In this document: positions 27,368-39,711 of the stretch, in pieces | Layout: every line of letters begins with the position of its first letter | How positions within the stretch are numbered: the first letter of the stretch is position 1 | Source of the DNA: Camelus ferus | Taxonomy: Eukaryota | Assembly (NCBI RefSeq): GCF_009834535.1 | Contig: NC_045697.1 | Span: 62,002,001-62,066,000, forward strand | Length of the DNA stretch: 64,000 bases | Reading direction: 5' to 3' | The notes under the pieces: generated by a model | Told to the model about the DNA's origin: nothing | Database searches by the model: none | The model's input: only the letters and a program-made list of their open reading frames with translations | Made by a program: the position numbers and the translations under genes

Positions 27368-27595
27368 GTGCTGTAGTGGTTAAAAGGCAAGCTCCAGAGT
27401 CATTCAGGCTTGGTTTGAGAGATAGTCTCATTTCCTAATAGCTGTGTGACTTCATGCTTCTGCACCTCAGTTTCTGCATCCGTAAAATGGAGATAACTGT
27501 AACTACCTTAATAGGTAGTTATGAAATTATGTGGGAAAATATGTGTAAAGCAAAGTGCCTGGCACATAGTAAGTGCTCAATAAAAGTTACCTATC
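27368..27595 (+). mobile_element. MIR SINE
   Basis: TAGTGGTTAA...CTGCACCTCAGTTTCTGCATCCGTAAAATGGAGATAA...GTGCCTGGCACATAGTAAGTGCTCAATAAA. Confidence 0.85.
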
Positions 27596-28457
27596 TTCAT
27601 TATTAAAGAATAAGATGGTGGTTCCCATGGTCAAATCTCACAATTAGACCTATGGTCCTCATTGAAGCCATAAGCCACCACAGTTCTTACCCTTTAAGAT
27701 CTTCATGAAATAAGAAATATCTGTCTGATCTAAAGGATTTGAATTGTCACCTTCCTGAAAGCAGGAAGCAAACTGGACCTCTTATTTCACCCTCCAATGC
27801 TAAGATATCCCAGTTTTCAAATCGCTGTCTGGGGAAGTTGAAGCAAGTCTTCCTCCAGTAGAGTTTCCCCTTTTAGAAATTCTGTTTCATGCCAGTGTTA
27901 ATTTCACAGTCCTTAGTGTTCTTTCTATTATTCATGAGTTCTCTGCAGTTCAATTTTATAAAGCAAAGGAGGGCAAACAGAGATACGTTTTCCCCTTTGA
28001 AAACAAAACAGTTTCAGCCCCTGTGGAACGGAAGGCCTGCTGATCAGATGAGTCTCTGTGTAGCTATAGCAATTGGATTTAAGCCTGTTTCTTGAATACA
28101 GCCCAAAGACAAACTCTACACTTTGCATTTACATTTGGGGGACATTTTACATTGCATTTCTCTTTGTACAAGTGTATCAATTCCCTGAAATTTACTCTGC
28201 TTTTCTTTGTAACTCAGCTTCCCTCCCTTTCTTAGACAATCATGAGAGCGGCATACAAAAGAGGAAAGTAAAGGAGAGTCCCCTATCCTATCTCTATTTG
28301 TCCTGCTTCCAGTAGGCCTCCCATAACACAATTATGACCCTTCATTATCTGAGTGTGTTAGATTTTAATGCTAATGTAATAACTTGACCAAATGGATTGC
28401 CATTAGATTTTCCTTCAGCACCTGTGCCAGCTATGCAGTATGCAACGGGACTCATAC

Positions 28458-28553
28458 CATCTGTATGCACAAGGGTCATAGCATATATAGGATCTTTGTG
28501 CAGAAAAGAGAGTCACTCTTCCGACGGTGAAGAGTTTGGCAAGCAGTGTCTTT
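28458..28553 (-). other. Candidate spliced exon (96 nt) of an unidentified minus-strand gene
   Basis: Minus strand: long poly-T then AAATTTGTAG|AAAGACACTG...CATACAGATG|GTATGA, in non-repeat sequence. One frame is open (KTLLAKLFTVGRVTLFSAQRSYICYDPCAYR) but unrecognised. Confidence 0.4.
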
Positions 28554-29519
28554 CTACAAATTTAAAAAAAAAAAAAAAAAAGCGCACTCCTTCCTCAAAA
28601 CTGAAACTGTCTTGAAGCACAGGCTGGATTTCAGTCTGTACTTATCTCTGTCAAACTAAACAGTGGCTCCATCCTCAAGCACAGAATCTAATCACCTTCT
28701 GCCACCCTCCACCCAGTGTCTTCCCACATACACCCAGTTGAGATCTTTGCTGGGGGGATTTAGGGAGCATCTGTCAAGCTTAGGGACTGGTTTGTAAATC
28801 CCTCGTCTCACTGTGAAGATGAAAACAACTACCCAGTCTACTCTGCTGGCAAAGGGGTTGATTAGCTCAGGCTAAAGCATAATAGACACAGTGTGATTTA
28901 AGCCTGGGCATCCCTCCACTCTGGACTGTGTTTGGTGCTGCAGACTAATATATAAATATCTAGTACCTCAGCTCCTGTTTCTGGGGACATGGGACACAAA
29001 GATATGTTGACATTTTAACTACCATAAACAAATATTTACATGGACCAGAGAGGGTTTGACTGAGGGACTCAGGAGCTATCATATCTAGCATCATGTCTCA
29101 CCCTGTGACCCACACAAGCCACTATGGCTGCACCTTCATAGAGATACTGATAGTGACAGGGCCATAGACCTATTTCAAAGAAGGGATCATTCGCTATTCA
29201 TTCCTTCACCACAGTGGAGAGCATCAAAATTAAAGGGAGGTATCAGAAGTAGAAAGGGAAGAGTGTGGTACACAGATAAGACCACCTCTAATTAGAAGTA
29301 AGAGGCTCAGAAAGGAATTATCAGGAAAATAAGACCCACAGAATTCACCTGAAGTACTATCCTGATATGAATCAGAGATCTCACATGCCAATAGCTGGAC
29401 CTCTTCATATCACTTTCATGTCTGAGGTTTCCTGGGACACACATCCCAAAAAAGGCTAGACTAGGCATCTGAGGCAGCCATCAGTAAGTAGGTAATGCTT
29501 TGCTACATGGGCAAGTAGT

Positions 29520-30009
29520 TAAGACAGGAGGAAAGAGGGCAGGGCACAACCATGAAAAGATGACACAGCAATGTCCTCAGGCCATAAACTGATTAGAACC
29601 AAGATGGGGAAAGATTCAACTTTCAGTATGGTGTCAAGTTTAGCAAGCAGTATCTTACCATTATAGGCTCACTGTAATACAACAGCATGCTAAATGACAT
29701 ACCCACAGGCATCATGACAGTTCCCAGGCTGACCATAAAAGGTCAAAAAGTGGGCTGGGCCCAATTTCTGAAAATCTGTACCCCTTTCCTAAAGCAGTTA
29801 GAATAATCCTCCCACTTGTTAGCATATGCAATTACATAGCCCATAAAAACTAACCACCCACACACCTCTGGGCGCCTCTCTTGCCTTCTGAGATGGCCCA
29901 CATTCTGTCAATGGAGTGTGTATCTCCCTGAATAAGCTTGCTTTCGCTTTACTATGACTCGCTCTTGAATACCTTCCTGCCCATGACAAGAACCTATCCT
30001 CCAATAACA
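29520..30009 (+). mobile_element. ERV1 solo LTR, MER41-like (copy 2)
   Basis: Collinear with 23305-23832 (AAGACAGG..., AAACTGATTAGAACCAAGATG, GAATAATCCTCCCACT, CAAGAACCTAT...AACA). Near-TSD GTAG/GTGG. Confidence 0.72.
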
Positions 30010-30739
30010 GTGGTAAAAGAGATATTCCCTCTTCAGAGGCCTCCACTGTTCCAAAGGGACACATCCTTCTGAGTGACAAGCTCTCCTTAACCAGGAATAG
30101 CTTTTACATTATTGCTAAAATTCATGAACTATTTGTCCATTTTATGCTGATTGCAAACAGTGGTCTCCATCCTTGTCATCAAAAACATCCCTTCGTCTAG
30201 AGGTCCCTGTCACATTGCCCAGGGCCTCCTAGCCCCAAGGTGAAATAAACCAATTCTCTTTCCCTTTCTTACCTGGGCCTCACCTCCTCACTCTTAGATT
30301 TATGGTTGTCCTGTAAATTCTGTTTTAAGTCATCGAGTTAATAAATGACTCAATACAGTTCTCAGCAAGGACTAAAAACAGCAGGGCTAGGTGTAATCTT
30401 AATTAGATTAAATGTTCAGCATTTAACTAAATCCTTGAGGACAAAAATTAAAATTAAGTTGAATATTTTTTTTAATTGAAATTTAGCATTCAGAGTCAAG
30501 CATTAGGCACTGGTGATAAAGGCAGAGAGCAGATGGCTCCCCCTGTCATCTCCCATCTTTTTCATCATTCTCCCACCATGTGCCCATTTCTCAGTCTTAC
30601 TACTCAGATTTGGCATCAAGGAAAAGACACAGGAAAAAAGCCAGGTGACTTGGAGTACACATATGTTCTTAACTATTTCTCACATCCCTCCTGCACGGCC
30701 CTATCCTATCTCTCCCTGTCCCTACAGCATGCATGAGTG

Positions 30740-30740
30740 C

Positions 30741-30772
<32 letters not shown>

Positions 30773-30776
30773 ACAA
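30740..30776. repeat. (CA)n microsatellite
   Basis: Directly visible, one interruption. Confidence 0.95.
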
Positions 30777-31544
30777 CTTAGCCAGTAAGCACAAAAGTGG
30801 TATTCAGGTCCCTTATCTGTCAGTCAGGGGGAAATGGGATTGCTAACCTAAAATGCATTTTCAAATCTAGTCCTGTTCTATAGAAACAAATGCTCCTGCC
30901 AGAAAAACACCCTGTAATTCACTCAGCATTATTACTAGTGGATAAATGAGAGGTTGTGATTTCAGCTTCTTCTTGATTGCCCTATAAAGTGGCATACCCA
31001 CAGTTGTTCTGGCTACCCTGTTATTCTTGGAATATTCAAACCACCCTCCATGCCCCTATTTTGAAAATGGCCATTGAGATGCAAACAAAATGACTAAAAC
31101 TTGACACTCCAAAATATGGTTGTTGTGCTTTGTGTAAGTTAACAGCCTCCTCATGTAGGAAAAAACAAAACAAACAAAACAACAACAAAAAAAGGCACAT
31201 GTTATTAAGACACCCATTTCCATTTGGATCTGAAAGACTTCTACAAAAAGGAGACTCAGCCTCATTGTCTTCTCTTCTCTCAAGAGCTCGCTCAACAGCA
31301 TCCTTCAAGGTCAGCTGTGCCAAGGCACTTGCACTCCTACTCAGACATCTCCAAAAGAGGAAAGAAATGACTTCCTCCACCTTTTTCAAGAATCTTCTGA
31401 TTGGCAGTAGAGCACAGACTATTACTAAAGCTAAAATCATTAAATTGGAGTTATTAATTGGTCTAGAGCCAAGAGTCAATTATGAAAGTAAAAAGAAAAT
31501 GAAAAGCTATTTTCCCAGGACTATCAAGAATTAAAACACAACTT

Positions 31545-32620
31545 TAATATGTAATAATTAACATTAAACTAAAAAGCTTCTGCACAGCAAAAAAAAATGA
31601 ACAAAATGAAAAGGCAACCTATGGAATGGGAGAAATATACACAAACATATATCTGACAAGAGATTAATATTCAAACTAGATATAGAACTTATGTAATAAC
31701 AGCAGGAAAAAAGGAAATCATGCAATTAAAAATGGACATAAGACCTGAATAGACATTTTCCCAAAGACATTCAAATTGCCAACAAGTACATGAAAAGTAT
31801 TCAACATCATTAATCACCAGAGGAATGCAAATCAAAACCACTATGAGACACCACCTCTTACCAGTTAGAATAGCTTTTATCAAAAGACTACAGATAAGAA
31901 CCATTGGTGAGGATGGAGAGAAAAGGGAATCCTTGTGCACTACTGATGCAAATGGCAAATTGTTATAGCCACTGTGGAAAACAGTATGGAGATTCCTCAA
32001 AAAAAATTTTAAAAGAACTACCATATGATCCAACATTTATACCTATGGTAATATATCAGAAACACTATGCTGAAGATGTATTTGCACCCCCATGTTCACT
32101 GCAGCATTATTCACAATAGCCAAGGGTAGAAGAGAGGGGGGAATAGGAGTTGAGTTCACCATCCTCTGTAGGAAAAATAAATGTCCTTTCAACAGAGGAA
32201 TGGATAAAGAAAATATGGTTTATAAATATAATGGACTATTATTCAGCCTTTCAAAAGAAGGAAATCCAACAATATGCCACAACATGGATGAACCTGGTGG
32301 ACACTGGCTAAGGGAAATAAGCCAGTTACAGGACAAATACTACATGATTACACTTAGATGAGGTACCTACAATAGTCCCAGTCATGGAAACAAGAGTAGA
32401 AGAGTAGAAATGGGAAGTTGCTGTTCAACAGGTGTAATGTTTTAACTTATAGTGAATAAGATGAATGCAAAATGAGTATGTTCTAGAGATCTGCTGTGCA
32501 ACATAGTGCCTAGAGTTAATAATACTGAACTGTACAGTTAAAATTTTAAGAGGGTAGATCTCATGTTAAATGTTCTTATCACAATTTTAAAAACTATATA
32601 ATAGTTTAAAAAGAAATAAA
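31545..32620 (+). mobile_element. 5'-truncated L1M 3' end
   Basis: AAAAGCTTCTGCACAGCAAAA, AATGCAAATCAAAACCACTATGAGA, GAACTACCATATGATCCA, 3' UTR and A-rich end. Carries a foreign ~46-bp insert at ~32125-32170. Confidence 0.9.
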
Positions 32621-35600
32621 AACCCACCATGATGGGCCACATTTTTAGAATCTGGGTCATTTCTTTCCATACCAGCCTGGCACACTTTAGACTCCCTCTG
32701 TTACAAAGCAATGGAGAGAAGATAAGACATTGAAAAATGTCTCCTAGGGGCAGAAAACTCAGAGTTCCTGGAATCAAAATTGAAATAATCTAGATTGAAA
32801 GGCAATGGCTCTGAAATCTCTGCAGTTTTGCTTCAACCTGTGCTAACATGCAGCAGTGCTCCTCCTTGAAGAGGCAGGTGTCCTGTCCCCTGTTCCTAGT
32901 GAGCTGAGCTCTGGACCTAAGGAGACCTGCTAGTAGTTATGTATAAACTGTTATAAGTGTGGTATACTCTGTGATTTGCCATTACAAAGTGTGAAAAAGT
33001 AAAACAAACAAACAAAAGAACTTTTTATTCTCAAACCAATACCTGATCAGTACAAGGGTTCTGACCTACTCTGTTTCTGACATAGGCCAGTTCGTTCCTC
33101 CTTAGGCAACTTGGTGGTCTCTGGCCCCTGGCAGGTCACCATATTTTTGTTGAACTTAGTGCAGACACCAGGTCATCAGCAGACTGTTAAAAGCTTAGGC
33201 CCTAGAGAAAAGAGACTCCCCAATCTATTCAGAAGGGATTTTTCTTTTCTTTTCTTTTCTTTTTTTTGGGGGGGGGGGGCACTTCCATTTGCATGGAGCG
33301 TTTAAAGTTAGAAAAATGGTTTAGATTAAGATTCCTTTTGCTCTCTACTCCTCCTGGGCCACAACCATAGTGGTCAGCCAAAAAAGGCATGAGCCATTCG
33401 ATCTGGGGTCCCGGTGCTTGTTCCTCTCAGCCAAGGCCCTGAGTTTAGCCAGGATCTTCCACAGAGGATGGTAAACTTGACTCCTAGTCCCACCTCTCTC
33501 CTCCACCAGCTGCACATTGGATGGTGGCAAAATAAGTCATCAAACATCATCTGACCATCCTCAGAAGACACGTATGAGGCAAACAAATGACACATTACAT
33601 TCTCCTCATATTCTAACAGGAACAGAAAAAGAGTCTGGAGCCTTTGTCTATGTCCCAAACCTCCTGAATCCCCCATACTCTTCTTAGTTCACAAAACCTC
33701 AGGCTAAGAGGAGTTGCAGTGACTCAAGATATTTTTCAGATAGCTTATGAATCCCAGGAAGAAATCAGAGTACACAGGATGGGAATTAAACCCAGATTCC
33801 CGAGCATTATCTCTTACACAGTCAAGTAGAAACATGTTTAAAAAAAAAAAAAAGATGCTAAGGAAAAAGGAAAGAATGTAGAAAATGGAGCTGATTTTTG
33901 CCAAGATAAGAAATTGTTCTAAGTTGCCCCTAGCTTTCTTGAATATGTGCTCAAACCCCATCACCTTCATTCAAGCCCTGGCTAAAATTTTAAATGAGTT
34001 ATTATACACATTAAATTGTCATTTAATCGTACCCAAGCACTGTCATAAAAGCAAATGAAGCAAGCCAAGCACCACTGGAATAAAAAATACTACACTAGTT
34101 ACATTCTGAAAGCACAAGCTGAAAAATGCTTACTGTCACCTCATACAAGGGGAGGGGGGGAGGCCTGCCATCATAGGCAACAAATGGCCCAGGAGGCTCT
34201 GGCTCTTCACTTTCTCACTTGGAGCATGGGAGCTAATGGCCGCCAACCAACATCAAGACCCACTTTCACCTAACTGTCCTCAGTTGTACCTACCTTGATT
34301 TGAGGTTGTTAGGTCCAAAGGCCCAGTGCAGAAAGAGGTTGCCAGGCACTAACCCCATAGTGCCTTCTCACATGTTCTTTTTCAATTAGGAAGTGATGAC
34401 AGTTTCTTGTCTCAGAAATCCTTAGTAAAACACCAATTTGAGGCTATCTTGACAGTGAATGCAAAGGTACCATGACACCTTCTGTAAGTGACGGAGACAG
34501 GTACCCATAAACTCTCCAATTCACATTCACCCAGAGAAATCATGGCTTGCCCAGCCCCATGAACCCTTGTGACCCTGTCAGGGGTGAGGAGAGGGGAAAA
34601 CTGGCAAACCCAGGGAGACTGGCTGGATTTATATTGGCAGGAACAGTGAGAAGCTAGGGAGCCTAGAGGGCATCCTGAAGCTGAGGGTGTGAGAATAAGG
34701 AAGCTGGTGGGGTGGAGGTGAGGGGTGAAAGCCTCTGAGACATTTTTAAAGGGGAAGATGTGAAAAGATAACTTTAAGAAGTTATGAAAGTAAATCCTTT
34801 TTCTGGTAATATATATATATATAAATATCAAAAAGCAAAAAATAGTAAATTCTTTTTGTTCAGTTTTGTGTTTGCTCTTTATTTGCTGATTTGTTTTGGT
34901 TGTATTTTTGAGAGAATTCTTTTTTAAAGATTAAAATTGCTCTTTCAAGTATTTTTGAAATTCCAGACAGGTGTCTTATTTTTAAAAGACTTGAGACTGG
35001 CCTATATAGGCACTTCATCTTATACAGTTATGTTTCGATATTTATGTTTGTTTGGCATTTTCTGAAAATAATTTATTCAATGTATGCAATATTTGTTGAG
35101 TGCAAAACACTCAACTTGGCCTGTAGAAAATTCAAAGGTATCAGACAAGGACTGTTTCCAAGGAGCTTGACCAGGTATAATTGCCATTTAATGGCTATGA
35201 TAATTACATTCGATTTAAAAGCAGATACTTGTAGAAAGAAAAGCAGGGATCAGGCTCTGTAGAACCTCAAAATACAGAGAAAGTACTCACAGCAGGGGAG
35301 GAAGTCATGGGAGAAGGAGAACCATCATGAATCACAGAATGCTTCATGCTGAGGTAGCATCATAGATGGGCCTTAGATGATAGGTAGGCTTTGGGTGTGC
35401 AGAGATAGAAGGAAGCGTCTTCTAAGTAGAGAGGAGGGATTCTAAACTGAGAGAAAAGCCTAAGCAAAGTGTATGAGAAAGAAAATATAAGGATGATTAA
35501 GTAAGTAGTGAGAGGTTCTGTTTAACCAAAGCAAAGACTCTATGAGAGCAACTAGTAGGAGATGAAATTCGAAAGGTAGCCTATGAGCAAACAATGGAAA

Positions 35601-37444
35601 GCCAGGAAATGTCATGCTAAAGAGCTTAGATTTGACTGAACAATCAATTGTGGAGGATGCAGGTAGCAGCTGAAGATTCTGAACACTGTGTTCCTGAAAT
35701 GGGACATGTTTCATGACTTTGTGTTCAGGCCCAGCCTGCCCCTCAACCATACTTTTCCCCTATCCACACTCATTTCAAATTTTCCTTAACACTGACTCAA
35801 AAAAAGTAAGTTTTCAACAAGGTATTTCCTGAGACTTTGGAGAAAGGATTGAATGGCCTCTGTCTATCAGGCAAGAAAACTCTCCAGGAGGCTGGGATAT
35901 AAGGTAGTGTTTCCTAACATGACAGCTCACTGCAGCTTTTTCTGCCCAACCAGGAAAAATATGACCAGAGTGTCTTCTTCTGCTCCCACTCCCAGGACCA
36001 AGCAGGAGCCCAGTTGTTCCGAAGATGAATGTGGCCATTGGCACAGGTAAGTTCCCATATGCTGGTGATTTAAGAAATGTTAAATGACGTCTAAAATTGA
36101 GGTCAAGGTGAAGGCTGGGTGACAGAGATGGCATAAATGCAGACCTCAGGAATACTGGAGGTCCCAGAGCAATGTGCTGGACACATGGAGAAAGTATCAG
36201 GGAGAACTGATGCTGTTATCATCAGAGAAGAAGTTTCATTTCCAGAGGAAAGTTGTTGGAGCTGAGACTTGGTCATTGGTGGAGTGGAGAGCTGTCACGC
36301 ATAGTATATTCCAGTCACTTGAAATGGGAGACTTCCTGGTACAGGGACTGTACCTCTTTGATTCACTATTGTACCCAAGAATCATTCCTGTAGATAGGAG
36401 ACACTCAAGAAATATTTATGGACTAAATGACTGGGTGAACTAGTGCAGCCTAGTGAGCAGCCTCCTAGGATATCAGAGAGGATTTCTGCACTGGCAAGTG
36501 AAACTGGATTTGATTTCTAAGATCCCTCCCAATACTAGGACTCCTTGGTCCTCCTCTGAATGTTGAAATTTAGTCAGTATCTATTGAGCACCTACTATGA
36601 ACCAGACAACATACTAAGCCCACGGAAAACAAAGATGAATGAAAGAGAGTCCTTGTGCTGGAGGAGCTCTTGGTCTAGCAGACATGATAGTCAGTAGCTT
36701 AGCAATACCCTCCTCAACGGGATTAGAGAGTCTCCAGACCTCTGAAATTATCCCTTTAGTTTCTTCCAGAGATCTTCTAAATGTTAATGTGCAAACCTAC
36801 TAATAACCACCTCCCTAGACTATATGTTTCTGAATCTCCTCTCCAACTGAAAATGTGGGTGAGGACATCAAAGCTCAACGTCACAATGCTTCCCGAAGGC
36901 AACTGATTGCCTAGAACAGTGACATTTTAATCAAATTGCTTATCTTTCTACTCCTGTATATTCTTTTACTGGAGTTCATGAAAAAATCGTAAGATCTTAG
37001 GGCTAGAAGGGGACTTAGAGCTCATCTAGTACAATACCCTGAGGAAACCAAAGCCCATGAAGTCAAATAGCCTCTAGTTAGTGACACAGCTGAGACTGAG
37101 ACTGAAACTGTATCTTTTGACTTGCAGCTAACATTCTCTATGCCACATCAAAATAACATACTTTTTAAGCATTAGGAAACTTATGATGTCCTCCATGGAT
37201 CTGTATTATAGCTTTAAGGCCTTATTACCATAATCCAAAAAGATGTAATGAAATACTTGTCTTGCTTTAATTCTCAGAAGAAAATTTAAACAGGCTGCTC
37301 AATGTAATGGAAAAAATATTGGAGTGGCGCCATGAAACTAAGGGTTCTAGGCTGAGCTCTTCTAGTAATCTTACGGGTGCTTTAAAACTTCAAGCCCTCT
37401 GGGTCTTAGTTTTCTAGCTGAAAGTGAGGACACTGTACTAGAAT

Positions 37445-37660
37445 CAGGAGTAGCAAACTCAAATGCCTCACAGAATCAGGAAGGTAACTTAAATATGTAT
37501 AAAGCAGGCCAAAACAAGACTACAAGACAGAGGTGGCAAGCTGGAGAGCTCACACCTTTTTTAAAGACATCCAAATCCAAATTTTAAAAAAATTCTGTAG
37601 ACTCCAAGAGACAGGTCTGTGAGTCACATGTAGCCTACAGTCAGGCAATTTAAAACCTCT
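37445..37660. mobile_element. MER45-like hAT-Tip100 element
   Basis: CAGGAGTAGCAAACTCAAATGCCT...CAGGAAGGTAAC start and ...AAAACCTCTG end resemble MER45. Confidence 0.6.
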
Positions 37661-38051
37661 GAACTAGAAGCTTATGTCCTTTCCTTCTATAATCTCTTAG
37701 GTATGAAAATAAAATAAACAGTCATCAGAAGTCAATGTTTTGATCAGAGTCTAATATATTATTACTATCTTCAAATAAATCATTTATTTTAATGTTTCCA
37801 TGATCCAGAAATTCCTAATCATTTTCCTCTGGCTTGCTGTGCAGCTTTCAATAGTCTGTATAGTCTCTCTTTGCCACAGTTTGTCATTAACTAGATGAAA
37901 ATAAAATTGCTCACCATTCTTATGGGGTATGGTATGAATTAATCAACTAATGTTTTGTTATAAATGCTATGGATGTTCATTAATAAAATATATCTCGACT
38001 GAGCCGAGTGGGAGACAGACTTCATAAGTGCACAGTTTAAGAGTTGTTTAC

Positions 38052-39300
38052 GGGAGGGAGAAGATGGCGGAGTAGAAGGACGCTCGCAGGTCACCCTCTC
38101 CCACAAATACACCAAGACCCACATCTACAGACCCACTCAGCCAACCAGAGCACCTGTGGAACTCCGACAGAACATCGCCCTCTTCAAAAGATAAAGACGC
38201 CAAAAATCTGGTAGGAGAAAAGGAAAAAAGTAAGAACAAAAGGCAAAGCAGCGCGGGACGGGTCCCGCAGGGAGGGAGCAGCAAAGGAGGACTGGCGCTC
38301 GCTGGCTGGGTCTCCCCTCTCCAACTGAGAGGCCAGCGGGACAGAGGGGGAGCCTCTGAGGCTCGGATCTGTACAGAGCAGCCCTTGACTAACAGAACTA
38401 AGTTAAACGGGCACAGAGCGTCCCTCCGACACCCAGCCTGAGACGCGGGCCGGCAGTGGCAGGCAGGGCCAGGCTGCACAAGCCGGGCGGAGGACGGAAG
38501 TGGCTGCACGGAGGCAGCCCCGGGGGAACGCAAGGGGCTGCGCGCCGTGGCTGAGGGTGCACAGGGCAGAACAACCTGGGCCCTCCATAAAACAGCAAGG
38601 TTGATGTGCTCTCGGGGGAAGGGTGCACACCCCCATCTCTGAAAACCTGCGGAAAGTTTTCGGGGGAAGAGAGGCGGGGCTCAGGCACAGCCGCCATATC
38701 CTCCGCGCTTAGCACCCAGGCGGGGGCGGGGGCGAAACCTGCATCCGCACCGAAGGGCTTAGCAGCCTCAAAGGCCAGACTGAGACTGGCCTGCAGCCCG
38801 GGGCAGATAGGATCCTTCCATCCTGGTCCCTCAGAGAACTTGCTCCACAAAGACAAACAAGGAGCTGGGTTTTGGCTCGGAGCAGGGACAGGGCTGTCCC
38901 TCGGTCTTCCCCGAGCCCAACGGAGGAGCGCCGACCAGGGCGGAGCGCGCAGCCGCACAGAGAGCGGAACTACCGGCAGCGCAGGTAGAGCGAGAGCGGC
39001 CACCCGCCTTTCGGGCAGGAACACAGCCCCTGACCGAGGTGCTGGGAGGGGGCACGACCCGCCCTCCTACCCGGCCAGTCTGCAACATCTGACTGCGGCA
39101 TCCGTAGGGGCAGCGACCCGCCCACCCACAGCAGAGGAGAGCTGCACCTGACCCAGTGTTAGGAGGAGGCGCGATCTGCTTGCCGACAGGTGCTGGGAGC
39201 AGCACAGAAGAGGGCGCCAACGGAGGGCCTCTGAAAACAGCAAGCTGAGCTTCCAAAACAGGACGAAGACAGAAAGACTTCACAGTAAAAGCACACAGAC
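38052..39300 (+). promoter_or_regulatory. L1 5' UTR internal promoter / CpG island with YY1 site
   Basis: AAGATGGCG YY1 motif at 38061-38069 just after GGGAGGGAG. The only strongly GC- and CpG-rich block in the window. Confidence 0.85.
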
Positions 39301-39711
39301 TCCAGGAGAACACCGACAACCCCCCCCCTTTTTTTTTAAATCTGTTTTTACCTGTTCTATTTTCTATTACTCTCTTAATTTTTACTTCTTAATTCATTTC
39401 TATTTCTCTTGGGTTTTGATGTCCTGCTATTGATTAGACACAGGTTTCAAATATATCTATTCACCTCCCCCCCCCCTTTTTTTGTAAAGGTTTTAAAAGG
39501 ACGTCTCAACCCGATTAATACTCTGCTTCAACTCCCTCTTATATTATTCATTATACAGTTTTCAAACCCTCTTTCTCCCTTCTTTTAAAATTCTTTCTCT
39601 CTCTCTCATTTTTTTTCCTAAGTTCTATTCCTAAATAGGCATCAGATAGATAAAATCCTTAAGGACCAAAATAAACAACTGATACTCCATAAACCACAGT
39701 GCCAAAGAGGT

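Noticed and set aside
23305..30009. Two same-orientation related LTRs 5.7 kb apart read as a provirus
   Set aside because: The interval holds ancient L2/MIR relics and no gag/pol/env-like ORFs. Each LTR has its own TSD-like flanks and they differ structurally, so they are independent solo LTRs.
31036..31534. Overlapping 134-147 aa ORFs on both strands
   Set aside because: No recognisable protein or clear splice boundaries, and they include a low-complexity A-rich tract.
38048..39319. 160-208 aa ORFs on both strands in the L1 5' UTR (ORF0-like?)
   Set aside because: GC-rich sequence is depleted of stop codons. The translations are low-complexity with no recognisable domain.
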